From the NCBI GenBank assembly GCA_964016885.1, contig OZ024745.1, positions 96,224,001 through 96,288,000 on the forward strand: a stretch of DNA of 64,000 nucleotides. Reading direction: 5' to 3'. Origin of the DNA: Eledone cirrhosa. Its lineage: Eukaryota. The notes under the pieces are model-generated. The model saw nothing but the letters and a program-made list of their open reading frames with translations. It ran no database searches and was not told the DNA's origin. The translations under genes and the position numbers were made by a program. Shown here piece by piece: positions 35,811 to 50,100 of this stretch (its first letter is position 1; every line of letters begins with the position of its first letter).

Positions 35811-38800
35811 GCCAAAGAGATATAACCTCATAGGGAGCCAGCTAAACCTGCATATGTATGAGTTATAAATTTCACAAAACATCAATTTTTGCTTGAAGCC
35901 AACAATTTGTGTTGGGACGCTACCAACCAAAAATAAACTCTTAAGGAAACTTAATTTGCCCTATACCTAAAACATTGCCTGTCCTTAACACTATTGGACA
36001 GTAGCATGTTCAAAATACTATTCTATTCTATAAAATCAGACATGTCAATACACTGTAGTCTCAGAATAGACTAAAACATGGTTTTTCAAAATACCTTTAT
36101 TAATTTGATGAGTTAACTTTTAAGATTATGTGACTCTGTTCAAAAATATGAAATCGGTGCCAGATTTACCATTGTGCTTAGGTGCCCATCTTCCTGCAAA
36201 AAACATTTTTTACCTCCTTCAGGGCCCAAGTAAGGGGCCTCATAACTTAACTAGCCTAGGGCCTCATTTGTCCTAAATCCAACACTGAATGATAGTGACA
36301 AAATTTGAACTCAAGAGTGTCAACACATGCTAACCTATCAGGCACTAAATTGCAGATTCCCTATCTTCTATATTGTTCACTGAGCCTGTCTTTAATGCTT
36401 TCCTCATTGTATCTGTTACCCTTGCTCCAGCTTCTCTATCAACACTGTTGCTAGCAGTCTGTAAGCCCTCATCAGGTAACTGAAGCATTCCTGCTTCTCC
36501 TTTTCTTTATACCTATGTCTTGCCTGAATGGAAAAGTAGAAGATAATGTTGATGTCTCTTCAGATTCTTTAGTTCTTGACTTTTAATTCTCTAGTATCCT
36601 GAAATAATTTCCTCATTATTCAATTCATCATCAATGTTTAGCGTCCATTTTTCCATACTCGCATGGGTTAGATGAGTTGTCCTATTGTGGGACAAGTTTC
36701 TATGGCTCGATGCCCTACCTAATGCCAACCACATTTACAGTGTGGACTGATATAAATAATTTATTATAGGTGTTACAACTGATATTCATTTAACCCCGCC
36801 AGAATTCTCTTACCGCTTTCTGTTCAAACTGGCCATAACTGGTGACTCATATTTAGGTTAAGGTATTGTTCTTAAAATAAACAATATCAAAGTCTCATAG
36901 ATTCAATATTATGTGATATAATTATGTGAGGTAAAGTGTTTATTGTGGAAATACAATAGTAAATATAGAGTTATGTAAATGCTAAAGGGTTAATAAAGAT
37001 GGTGTCATTACTCCACTGATAACATCAGATTTAGCAGTCCAAGCCTCTCTCATTTGTTGACTGCTTTACTGTGTACTTTGTGTTCTCATTTAATGTTTCA
37101 AGCGTCTGTGGTTGTATTCATTAACTTCTGAGTGAGACCAGGTTTCCTTTCAACATCTCACATTTTTAACACCTGTCTTCTCATCTATCAGTGACCATGT
37201 ATCGCTAAAAAGAATCTAAAATAAGTTCTCATTGGTCAGTAACTGATGATAATCCTGTCAACCATATAAAAGGATATTTTCAAGTCACTGTTGTCTAACA
37301 TATTAGATGTGATAACGATAACATGAATTACCATGTAACAATATAAAGTGGTTATATTTTTTCAGCTAAACATATATATCTATAGGGATTAGTTTTCTGG
37401 ATGGATGCCCTTCATAATGTATATATAGAACCATAACTCTTGATGCTGTCATAGGAGCAATGTAGTAACATTTTATGTGTCTTAGGCATTTTAAACCTGG
37501 CAGAGCCCATTCTTCTCTACAGTCGATTACTTGCAGAGGAGAGAGAGAACATGTGAAAAAGGTATAGAAGAAGAATCAACTACAATACTGGACTTGTAAT
37601 TTATTTGTTGACCTTGGCAGGATTTGAAAGTTGCAGAGAGCCAGAATGAATACAGTAAAGCATAGAATCCAGTGTTCTAACAACTCTACAAATTCACCAC
37701 CTTGCCTTTCATAGTTGTTTCTACTTTAGGCACAAGGCCAGCAATTATCCCAGTGCATTACTGGTACTTTATTTTATCGACCCCGTAAGGATGAAAGGCA
37801 AAGTTAACCTCGGTGGGATTTGAACTCAGTCCGTAAAGGGACGTAACTGTGCTGTAAAGCATGGCGTCCGACCCTCTACCGATACTGCCAATCCACCTTG
37901 CCTTTCATAATAGTATGAGATATATGTAGTAAATACATTTGTCATTATACAAGGAATTAGTACAAACTAAAACATTAGTGAACTATGTAGATCAACCTTG
38001 ATATAAAAATAATCATCATCCAGAGAAAAACACAGAAAGAAGAAAAAGACCCCATTGCCATATCTATCACAAAGTGATGTCTTTTAACCCTTTAGCATTT
38101 AAACCAGCAGTATCTGGCCACAATTCTCTTCAAATCGGCCACTCATACCGATGTTAAGGTATTATTCTCAAACTAAATATCAGAATCTCATAGATTCAAT
38201 ATTATGTGAGGTAAAACCTTTATCATGAAAATATAATAGTATATATAGAGTAATGTAAATGCTAAAGGGTTACGTGACACAAAGTAAAACATACTACTAT
38301 ACCCCACCACTGATAATAAAACAAAGCTCACTAAAAATTGTTTTTTTTTCATTTTGAAGCAAATATATAAAAACAATTTTTGTTGCTAAAATTCTTGTAT
38401 TAATCAGAATGATTAAACTGATATTCATTAACCCTTTAGCATTTACGTTACTCTATATTTACTATTGTATTTTCATGGTAAAGGCTTTTCCTCACATAAT
38501 TACCGTACATAATATCAAATCTATGAGATTTTGATATTATTCATTTTGAGAACAATACCATAACATCAGTATGAGTGGCTGGTTATGGTTAGTTTGAACA
38601 GAAAGAGGTACAAGAATTCTGGCCAGATACTGCTGGTTTAAATGCTAAAGGGTTAAGACTCTAGAAACTGGTAAACTGTGGTAAAAAATCTAATTGGCTG
38701 AATGGATAGTTGATTAATCTATGATCTTTTAAGATTTCAGTCCGTCATCTGCTTTAAGAAATGTGTTAACAAAACTTTCATAGCTTAAAATGGATGAGAT

Positions 38801-39193
38801 TCATATCCATACATGGCTGGAAACTTCAATCCACTGTAGCATGTTTTTGTTTTCCATCCAAAGGCAGTTTTAATTTCAGCCCTTCAAATTGATGGAACAC
38901 TCATCAAAGTCCTCCACTCTATCCTGTTTTCAATTATCTCTCCAGTGTACATATTTACAGTTAAGTGGACCTGATCTTTGGTAGATAAATAGCTTTGTCA
39001 AGGTTATAAGTACCCCAGTGGGATGCTAATTATTGAATTATTAGTGGCTATTAGATTAATTATCAAGATACATATTTTAAAAAGATAAAACAAGAAAGAA
39101 AATTAAACAACTGGTAATAAACAAAGTTTATTGTCCTCCCCTTAACCTTTAAAAACATTTCTCTATTCAACAACATATTATTATTTTAATAAA

Positions 39194-39648
39194 TTAATGC
39201 AAAGTGAAGCCTAATACTTCTTTCACAGCCTTCATTGTGCTTTCTGCAATATCTGTAGCTTTTTCTTTACCTATTTCTAAAATTTGAATAAGGTAGTTTT
39301 TATCTGCTTTGAGTTCTTTTATGGAAGAACTGATAGGTGTAAGTGCTTCAATAACAGCTTCAGCCACCACTTTTTTATATTGACCTGTGTCCAAGTGACT
39401 GTATTCATTACATACCTGTTCAGGTGTGAGGTCAGTGAAATTGCAATGGATATTGATTAGATTAGAGACTCCTGCTCGATGAACAGGGTCATATGTGATA
39501 GTTGAGACACTGTCTGTTCGTGCTTTTTTTATTTTTAAAAGAATTTCATCAGCACTGTCTGTTAAGTCAATCCGGCTTAGTTTATTGTTATCTGATTTAC
39601 TCATTTTAGCTTCAGGGTTTTGTAAACTCATCACTTTGGGTAACTGGC
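39194..39648 (-). CDS. WARS2: Mitochondrial tryptophanyl-tRNA synthetase, exon 7 (last)
   Basis: Acceptor ttctag; KMSKS motif; KIKKARTD, RAGVSNL; stop at 39194; aataaa at about 39127-39132. Confidence 0.96.
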
Positions 39649-41821
39649 CTAGAATAAAACAAAGCAAAAAATAGTGTCAGTTTATAAAACACAAGTGAAT
39701 ACAGAAGATCCATAGAGACTAGAAAATAATGAGTTTATTGTAAATTGTTACCCCTGTATAGCTTATAAGAAGGGTTGGGTATCTATATATAGATTTCTGT
39801 GATTCTGTCACAACACATAAAGAGAGAGGAGTAGTGTGACTACCTCATACTACTCCTCTCTCTTTATGTATGTGTGTGTAAAAGGAAAGAAGGGGACGGT
39901 GATAAAACTACGGTGTGTGAGTGTATGTGTGAATGTATGTCTGTGAGTGTATTTTTGTAAGTGTGTTTGTGCGTTTATATACTCATACATATAAATGTAT
40001 GCATATGCACATACAAAGATATGCATACATTTATATGTATGGAAAACAATTCTAGTAAGTGAAATAAGTGACAAGGTATCACACGTATTAACAGATGAGT
40101 GTAAGAGCAGTATTTATATATCTAGCTTGGACATATAAAAGTAAATGAATGTCAATGGAGAAAGTGCCTTGTATTGGTATTGAGATAAATACAAAGAGAG
40201 AATGATTTGGGAAGAAGTAATTGAATGAGCTGAAGATATTGGACCCCACAGAGAGTTGAAACACAAATAATGGTCTTGTTAGAGTGGAAAAATTAATGAG
40301 GATGATTTTCATAATGATTAGTTGAATTGCTCAGCAAATTTAGATAGTTGCTAGAATTGCTGGAGTAGGATTTTTCAAGAGCTGGTTGCCATTTCTTGAT
40401 AGTATCCACACAACAAAGATATTGATGTGATATGGACATATGTATTTCTAGGTTAAATAGAAGACATTAAAGTTGTCACATTTTATAGCATTTTAGTGTT
40501 GTTGCTAGACCCAGGGTTATTTACTCGAGTAAATGTCACCGGAATCTAACTACTAAATTTTATAAAGAAAAGGGTAAGATATTTTTACATTACACCATGT
40601 CGAATGAGAGTTAATTCCCATTACAAAGGTAATGATAAAACATAGGTATCAAATATAAGTCTTCATTTTATTGTAGCTCCATGTTACAATTGTGGTTAGT
40701 AAATATTCTTCTACATATTGGTATAATCCAGATCCATGATCGGTGGTTAGAGAGAAGTTAACATGCTTGTCTTCAATGTTGTCAATTCGAAGGAAGACAC
40801 CAGAAAGAGAGTATACCTTTGGCGTAACCATGCCTGGCCTTACTAGGCCAGGCGGCCAAGAGGTGAAAAGAGAGAAAGATAGCTTTGAGCTACCTCTTTT
40901 AGAGTTTCCTGGACGGAAGTTACAAGGAAGGTTCTGAAATTTCAACGGGAAGTAACTCCAGCTACTTCCCTTGTCTAGAGAGCGCTACAAGACTCCCCTC
41001 TCAGACGAGAAGTTGAATAACCAATCGAAAATCATTGTAGCGAGAACCCGTAAAAGATGATGAGCAAAGCAAAATGTACAAGAAATGACTGAATAAAAAC
41101 ATGAGCAAGCAAATAGCACAAGGAGCAATATTGGCAATATCAGTATTCGGGTTGGAACAATTTTGGTATCCAGCCTTTGGTCAAATTTATGAAAGAAAAC
41201 ATGAGAAACAGCTCAGTAAGGTGGTTTTGTTATCATCATCACCATTTTGCATCTGCTTTTCCATGTTGGCATCACTTGTTACCTGTAAATAGAGACTATG
41301 CAGGGGTACAACTTACCATTGTAAGCGATGGTGGAAGCAGATAACTGAGGATTTAGTTTGTAGTGTAGGGTTTGAATCCTGCAATCCATCAGTGAATACT
41401 TATGATTTAGTTAAGTTTATACAATTAACTCAAAATCACATGCACTGGCTCTTAACTCCTGATTGAGTTGTAGGGACAGGGACACTATAGTGATATACTA
41501 AAGCATTTAAACCTGAATACAGCCAAGTTCCGCCAGAGAGAGAGAGTGAGAGGAAATGAGAAAGAATCGACTGCTACTTTATTTATCAACCTCAAAATGA
41601 TGAAAGGCAAAGTTGAATTCAATGGGATTTGAACTCAAATGGCAGAAAGTCGGAACTAATGTTGCAAAGCATTCTATCCGATGTTCTAACGACTGTACAA
41701 AATAAAGTATTGATTAATTGATGCAAAGCAGATTATGCTGTTTATAGTTTCTCCTATTATTAACAAAATGAAAATAATAAAAGAAGCATACTATAAGGTA
41801 AAAATATATTATCCAAGTTAC

Positions 41822-41940
41822 CTGTGAGAATATTCGGTTTCACAAAGATTTTGCCATATTTTCGATTGAATTGTTTCACAAGGTCTCTGGCTAGTTCAAT
41901 GTGTTTTACTTGGTCTTCTCCAACAGGTACCAGATGGGAT
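41822..41940 (-). CDS. WARS2: WARS2 exon 6
   Basis: SHLVPVGEDQVKHIELARDL..FN..YG; ttttag / gtaact; phase 2 to 1. Confidence 0.96.
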
Positions 41941-41984
41941 CTAAAAATTCAGGAGGTAAGACTATAGCTTACAAAATATATTTA

Positions 41985-44146
41985 TAGATGATAACTGGAA
42001 TTTCTTACGTGACAACTTACTGCAGGCTACTGAAGAAACTTGTGGCTGGAGCAGAGCTCCAACCAAACAGAGAGTGACTTGGTGGTGGAACAGCACGGTA
42101 GATAGGGCCATTAGAGACAAAAGACTAGCATGGAATGCTTGGAAAAATGGTGGGAGTAGAGAAGGATATACAGCCACTAAGAGAGAAGCTAGATGTCAGG
42201 TGTACTTAGCATGCAGGGAGGCTGAGAGTAGGAGGTTTGCCAATGTTCTGCGACGGGAAGATCAGAGACATGCGGTGTTCCGCATTGCAAGGCAATGTGT
42301 CGTTGGAGATAAGTGTGTCCGGAATGATGCTGGTGTACTTAGTGTCATGAATGATCAGAAAAAGGAGGCCTGGAAATGTCATTATGAGAGACTGATGAAT
42401 GTGGAGAACGAATGGGGGAGAGAGAAATTACCCCCAGTAGACCCGACAGAGGGACCAGCTATTGAGATTGACAAATATAGGGTCCAAGAGGCAATTAAGG
42501 AAATGAAAAATGGTAAGGCCGCTAGACCGTTGGGGATAGTTGCTGAGATACTGAAGGTATCAGGAGAAGTAGGCACTAAACTGGTTGCACGCATCATCAA
42601 TCAAGCTATATATGGTGGTATCATACCCAAAGACTGGTGCAGCAGTATTCGCATAAATTGCTACAAAAGTAAAGGGGATGCTCTGGAGAGGAGCAATTAT
42701 AGGGGCATAAAGCTGATGGATCAGGTTATGAAAGTGGCAGAGTGAATATTAGCGCAACTGATTAGAGAAAGGGTCAAATTAGATGAGATGGAGTTTGGTT
42801 TTGTGCCTGGGAAAAGTACAACAGATGCCCCCTTCTTAGTGAGACAACTACAAGAGAGGTTCTTAGAGAAGAATAAGCCACTATACTTAGATTTTGTTGA
42901 CCTAGAGAAGGCCTTTGATAGGGTACCCCGATCTGTCATCTGGTGGTCCCTAAGGAAACTAGGTGTAGAGTAATGGCTTGTGAGGACAGTGCAAGCTAAG
43001 TACAGAGGTGTTGTCAGTAAAGTCAGGGTAGGTATGGAGTTTAGTGACAAATTCCGGATACAAGTAGGAGTATATCAGGGTTCGGTCCTCAGCCCGCTCT
43101 TGTTCATTATAGTTTTCCAAGCCATAACAGAGGAGTTTAAGACTGGCTGCCCATGGGAACTTCTCTATGCTGATGATCTGGTTCTTATAGCAGAATCAGT
43201 AGAGGAGCTAGATAAAAATTCTAGCTATGGAAACAGCAGTTGGAATCAAGAGGACTGAGAGTGAACTAAGACAAAAGTGTTGATAAGTAGAAAAGAAGAC
43301 AAAACTCTGATTCCATCAAGGAAATGGCTATGTTCGATATGTAGAAAAGGAACTGGCATAAATTCTATAAAATGTTCACAATGCAGATCTTGGGTACACA
43401 AGAGATGTAGTGAGATAGCAGGCAAACTAACAGGTAGGGAAAACTACGTATGCAGTAGATGTACAGGGAAAGTTGGCAGTAGTAATCGCAGTGATAGACA
43501 GATTTTTCCAATGCAGGTGGGTTCTATAGAAGTGGTTGATAGCTTCCGGTACCTAGGTGATGTAGATTAGCATGGGAGGGGTGTTCCGAGGCTATAGTAT
43601 CTAGAATAAGGACGGGTTGGAAGAAGTTTAGGGAGCTGCTTCCTGTTGACGAAGAAGGGTTTCTCCCTGCGTACGAAAGGCCGGTTATATGATGCCTGTG
43701 TGAGATGCGCGATGCTGCATGGTAGTGAGACATGGGCAGCAACTAGAGGATATGTGATGGCTGGAGAGAAATGAAGCAAGCATGCTCCGTTGGATGTGCA
43801 ATGTCAATGTGCGTGAACGACCAAGCATAGATGAGTTGAGAGAGAAACTGGGTATAAGAAGGATAAGTTGTGGCGTGCAGGAGAGAAGACTGAGATGGTA
43901 TGAACTTGTGATGCACACGGAGGATGACCGCTGAGTAAAGAAGTGCCAGGAAGTCCCAGTGGAGGGAAGACGCAGTAGAGGTAGACCACGAAAAACATGG
44001 GCGGAGGTGGTGAGAGCAGACCTCAGATCGCTGAAGCTCACGGAGGAGATGACGAAGGACCGGGACAAGTGGAGAGATGCTGTGTTGAATAGGATCCGTC
44101 CCACCCTTGCAAGCAGGGAAAAGCGGATGTAAAATGATGATGATGA
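41985..44146 (+). mobile_element. 5'-truncated RTE LINE (decayed RT) in WARS2 intron 5
   Basis: NYRGIKL, FGFVPGKSTTDA, FVDLEKAFDRV, GVYQGSVLSPLLF, LLYADD; (GAT)n tail. Confidence 0.93.
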
Positions 44147-45350
44147 GTTGTTAGCAATCTTAATAACACTAGCATTGTTGGGTAACACTAGTTAACTATA
44201 CTGCAGTACAACTAGACAGGAATTCAGTTGATAATTGTTTAATTGTGCCCATTACAGTCATTATTGTAGAAGATAGGTATTAGGACATAATATTTTAGAG
44301 ACTGTAAAGAGTTTGTTGCTACAGAGGGGTGAGCAGAACATGTTTGATTTGGTGATATTAGAAAGAAGAATGGGTTTTAGGGACATTTAGTTAGATTAGG
44401 ATATCCAGGCAATTGTGAAATTCATTTTTTTGTGTGTCCAACTTTTGTTAGCAGGGAAGGCAGGCATGATAATGATGATGATGAAAGGTATTTGGAGAGT
44501 TGGTGTTGCCATTACTTAGATTTATGCAGTAGTTTAAAGTGCCCTCTGTCTTGCCATTAATATAAGTGAAGTGAGAAGTAGTTTAAGAATCAAATAGTTT
44601 GGTTAGACACATCAACTGATTAAGTTGTTAAACAATAACTAAATATTTTAAATTACAATTTCAACTCCAATAACTGACATTTAGTTATATCCCTATATCA
44701 CCTGGTTTTATGGTGCTTTTAGCTGAGTTTTGTTTGTTGTAAACATTCCAACAAGACCGCAGTCGTCTTACAGTCACATTTTTTTTTGTGCAGATGTTCA
44801 AGGTGGGAGACAGCATGGAATAATGGATGTGAAACATTATAAATTGATGATATATATACAACCTATGTGTTGAGTCGGGCATTCCCTGCTGAGGAAATGC
44901 AATAGCCCGATTGCGTAATATCTGCTGATAATGTGTGATTTCTGCACACTACAGTTTTAATAACTGTTGATATCGGCAGAATATCACATAGAAATGGAAT
45001 CTATCCAGGAGTTAGATACATGACATATCTTTACCAAAACACTGCCACTGTACTCCCGATATAACTATTATGTATGTACTCTGAACATTGAGATGCAGTA
45101 TCACAACTGCAAGCTCATTGTCTCTTTGAGTGAGGGGGTCATTTTATTGACCCTGTAAGGATGAAAGGCAAAGCTAACCTCAGCAGGATTTGAACTCAGA
45201 ATGTAAAGGGCTGTAGCTTCATGCCACAAAGCATGTTGTCCAATGCTCTACTGATGCTGCCAATCCACTGCTCTTGCTTAAACAAAAATAATGAGAAGAA
45301 ACCAAGAGAAAAGGATTCAAAACTGCACCAATAACGAGATTTTCACTTAC

Positions 45351-45433
45351 TTATAAAGAAGAATATCTGCAGCTTGTAAAAGAGGGTAACTGAACAATCC
45401 TACAGAAACTGTGTCCTCATTTGTAGATTTTTC
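45351..45433 (-). CDS. WARS2: WARS2 exon 5
   Basis: EKSTNEDTVSVGLFSYPLLQAADILLY; ttcag / gtaagt. Confidence 0.96.
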
Positions 45434-45961
45434 CTGAAGAAATTAATAGATAAATATTTAACAGTCATCATCGTTTAACATCTGTTAACTTCTATTTTCT
45501 ACACTAACATGGGTCACATTATATAAAGAAAATGTAATACATATGAAAACTTCAGGGATTCACAGAGCTGCTACTTTGACATATTTTCTACTATAGTAGA
45601 TAATGAAATCAATAGTTTATTATCCCCTTGTTTATTTCAAAATTATAGTAGTAGGGTTGATGGATGGACCCATAATTCCTGGGAGAGTTGCAGGGCCACT
45701 ATATTGACATACAGCATTTCTAGGGTATTTTAAAAACCTGGTGGAGCCCATCTCCTCTCCAGGTCTGAATACAGCAGATTTCTTCCAGAGAAGGAGGAAG
45801 CAAGAAGGAGATATAGATAAAGAATCAATACTAGTACTAGACTGGTACTTTTTTTTACTAGATTACCATAGAAAAACAGTTTAATTAAATTGAATCCAGT
45901 TCAATGCTATGAGAAAATAAGAAGGACCTAATATTTTAAGGAAAAACTCTTTGTTTTCTGT

Positions 45962-46559
45962 TCTCATGATAATTGTTTCTACTTTTGGCACAAGGCCAGC
46001 AATTATCCCAGTGTATTACTGGTACTTTATTTCATCGACCCCGTAAGGATGAAAGGCAAAGTTAACCTCGGCGGGATTTGAACTCAGAATGGCAAGGGCC
46101 GTAACTCTATGCGTCAAAGCATGGCGTCCGACCCTCTACCGATACTGCCAATCCACCTCTCATGATAATTGTTTTTACATTTGGCACAAGGCCAGCAATT
46201 ACCCAGTGTATTACTGGTACTTTATTTCATCGACCCCGTAAGGATGAAAGGCAAAGTTAACCTCGGCGGGATTTGAACTCAGAATGGCAAGGGCCGTAAC
46301 TCTATGCGTCAAAGCATGGCGTCCGACCCTCTACCGATACTGCCAATCCACCTCTCATGATAATTGTTTTTACATTTGGCACAAGGCCAGCAATTACCCA
46401 GTGTATTACTGGTACTTTATTTCATCGACCCCGTAAGGATGAAAGGCAAAGTTAACCTCGGCGGGATTTGAACTCAGATCATAAACGGCCGTAACTCTTT
46501 ACTGCAAAGCATGGCGTCCGACCCTCTACAGATACTGCCTATCCACCTCTCAAGATAAT
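45962..46559 (-). mobile_element. Head-to-tail SINE trimer (about 195-bp units)
   Basis: Three SINE units, each bounded by tctca(t/a)gataat. Confidence 0.9.
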
Positions 46560-46881
46560 GGTTGATAATCAGAACCAGTACTTTGGAGTGAACTGAATAT
46601 TTGGTTAAAGTTGTGATAAATATTTAAACTAGATCTACAACACTTTGAAATATTGAAGTAAAAAAGAGTTCTGTAGCAATAATAGTTTTCTCAAACTGCA
46701 CCATTACAGCATGTTAAAATGACTTTCTCTCTCACTTTGATCCATATTCTAGTAATGCTGGTGTATTCCAAGGTTTGGTTATATCTACCACATTCTTACT
46801 CCTTTACACCAATGACCTCCTTGTTACTGCTAAACAGTCTTAGGTAGATGATATTACCTTTCACTTTTTAATAACCATCTT

Positions 46882-47144
46882 CACACAGGTGTAATTCACA
46901 TGTATCCTACACAGGTATAATCCACATGTATCCTATACAGGTGTAATCCACATGTATCCTATACGGGTGTAATCCACATGTACCCTACACAGGTGTAATT
47001 CACATGCATCCTACACAGGTGTAATACACATGTATCCTCCACAGGTGTAATCCACATGTATCCTACATAGGTGTAATCCACATGTATCCTACACAGGTTT
47101 AATTCACATGTACCCTACACAGGTGTAATTCACATGTATCCTAC
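46882..47144. repeat. 26-bp minisatellite, about 10 copies
   Basis: acacaggtgtaattcacatgtatcct. Confidence 0.92.
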
Positions 47145-47149
47145 ACCAT

Positions 47150-50100
47150 CAACCTCCATTTTTACAGCATCTCTAAGACCAACAACCTACCTAGGTTCAA
47201 CCTCCATAGCTACAGTACCTCTAAGACCATCAACCTCCATACCTACAGCATATCTAAGACCATCAGCCTACCTAGGTTCTACCTCCATACCTACATCTCT
47301 AAGACCACCAGCCTACCTAGGTTCTACCTCCATAACTACAACATCTCTAAGACCACCAGCCTACCTCCATAACTACAACATCTCTAAGACCACCAGCCTA
47401 CCTAGGCTCTACCTCCATACCTACAACATCTCTAAGACCAACAGCCTACCTAGGCTCTACCTCCACACCTACAACATATCTAAGACCACCAGCCTACCTA
47501 GGTTCTACCTCCATACCTACAACATATCTAAGACCAACAGCCTACCTAGGTTCTACCTCCATAACTACAACATCTCTAAGACCATCAGCCTACCTAGGTT
47601 CTACCTCCATAACTACGACATCTCTAAGACTATCAGCCTACCTAGGTTCTACCTCCATAACTACAACATCTCTAAGACCATCAGCCTAGCAGCCTACCTA
47701 GGCTCTACCTCCATAACTACAACATATCTAAGACCAACAGCCTACCTAGACTCTACCTCCATAACTACGACATCTCTAAGACCATCAGCCTACCTTCATA
47801 CCTACGACATCTCTAAGACCACCAGCCTACCTAGGCTCTACCTCCATACCTACAACATCTCTAAGACTATCAGCCTACCTAGGTTCTACCTCCATAACTA
47901 CAACATCTCTAAGACCATCAGCCTACCTAGGCTCTACCTCCATACCTACAACATATCTAAGACCATCAGCCTACCTAGGTTCTACCTCCATAACTACAAC
48001 ATCTCTAAGACCAACAGCCTACCTAGGCTCTACCTCCATAACTACAACATCTCTAAGACCAACAGCCTACCTAGGTTCTACCTCCATAACTACAACATCT
48101 CTAAGACCATCAGCCTACCTAGGCTCTACCTCCATACCTACATCTCTAAGACCATCAGCCTACCTAGGTTCTACCTCCATACCTACAACATCTCTAAGAC
48201 CAACAGCCTACCTAGGTTCTACCTCCATAACTACGACATCTCTAAGACTATCAGCCTACCTAGGTTCTACCTCCATAACTACTACATCTCTAAGACCATC
48301 AGCCTACCTAGGTTCTACCTCCATAACTACAACATCTCTAAGACCATCAGCCTAGCAGCCTACCTAGGCTCTACCTCCATAACTACGACATCTCTAAGAC
48401 CAACAGCCTACCTAGGCTCTACCTCCATAACTACAACATCTCTAAGACCATCAGCCTACCTAGGTTCTACCTCCATACCTACAACATCTCTAAGACCATC
48501 AGCCTACCTAGGCTCTACCTCCATACCTACAACATCTCTAAGACTATCAGCCTACCTAGGTTCTACCTCCATAACTACAACATATCTAAGACCAACAGCC
48601 TACCTAGGTTCTACCTCCATAACTACATCTCTAAGACCAACAGCCTACCTAGACTCTACCTCCATAACTACAACATATCTAAGACCATCAGCCTACCTAG
48701 GCTCTACCTCCATACCTACAACATCTCTAAGACCATCAGCCTACCTAGGTTCTACCTCCATACCTACAACATCTCTAAGACCATCAGCCTATCTAGGCTC
48801 TACCTCCATAACTACAACATCTCTAAGACTATCAGCCTACCTAGGCTCTACCTCCATACCTACAACATCTCTAAGACCACCAGCCTACCTAGGTTCTACC
48901 TCCATAACTACAACATCTCTAAGACCACCAGCCTACCTAGGCTCTACCTCCATACCTACATCTCTAAGACCATCAGCCTACCTAGGCTCTACCTCCATAC
49001 CTACAACATCTCTAAGACCATCAGCCTACCTAGGTTCTACCTCCATAACTACAACATCTCTAAGACCATCAAGCTACCTCCACACCTACAACATATCTAA
49101 GACTATCAGCCTACCTAGGCTCTACCTCCATACCTACAACATCTCTAAGACCATCAGCCTACCTAGGTTCTACCTCCATAACTACAACATCTCTAAGACC
49201 ATCAAGCTACCTCCACACCTACAACATATCTAAGACTATCAGCCTACCTAGGCTCTACCTCCATACCTACAACATCTCTAAGACCAACAGCCTACCTAGG
49301 TTCTACCTCCATAACTACAACATCTCTAAGACCATCAAGCTACCTCCACACCTACAACATCTCTAAGACTATCAGCCTACCTAGGCTCTACCTCCATACC
49401 TACAACATCTCTAAGACCATCAGCCTACCTAGGCTCTACCTCCATACCTACAACATCTCTAAGACCATCAGCCTACCTAGGTTCTACCTCCATAACTACA
49501 ACATCTCTAAGACCATCAAGCTACCTCCACACCTACAACATATCTAAGACCATCAGCCTACCTAGGCTCTACCTCCATAACTACAACATCTCTAAGACCA
49601 TCAGCCTACCTAGGCTCTACCTCCATAACTACAACATATCTAAGACCATCAGCCTACCTAGGCTCTACCTCCATAACTACGACATCTCTAAGACTATCAG
49701 CCTACCTAGGTTCTACCTCCATAACTACGACATCTCTAAGACTATCAGCCTACCTAGGCTCTACCTCCATACCTACAACATCTCTAAGACCAACAGCCTA
49801 CCTAGGTTCTACCTCCATAACTACAACATCTCTAAGACCAACAGCCTACCTAGGTTCTACCTCCATAACTACGACATCTCTAAGACCAACAGCCTACCTC
49901 CATACCTACAACATCTCTAAGACCATCAGCCTACCTAGGTTCTACCTCCATACCTACAACATATCTAAGACTATCAGCCTACCTAGGTTCTACCTCCATA
50001 CCTACAACATATCTAAGACCATCAGCCTACCTAGGTTCTACTCCATACCTACAACATCTCTAAGACCAACAGCCTACCTAGGCTCTACCTCCATACCTAC

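Noticed and set aside
40925-41010. ggaaggttctga as RNase P RNA CR-I
   Set aside because: No matching CR-V or P4 partner found downstream
47134-49233. 699-aa mucin-like ORF
   Set aside because: Translation of a 48-bp minisatellite that switches frame at deletion variants; lies antisense in a WARS2 intron
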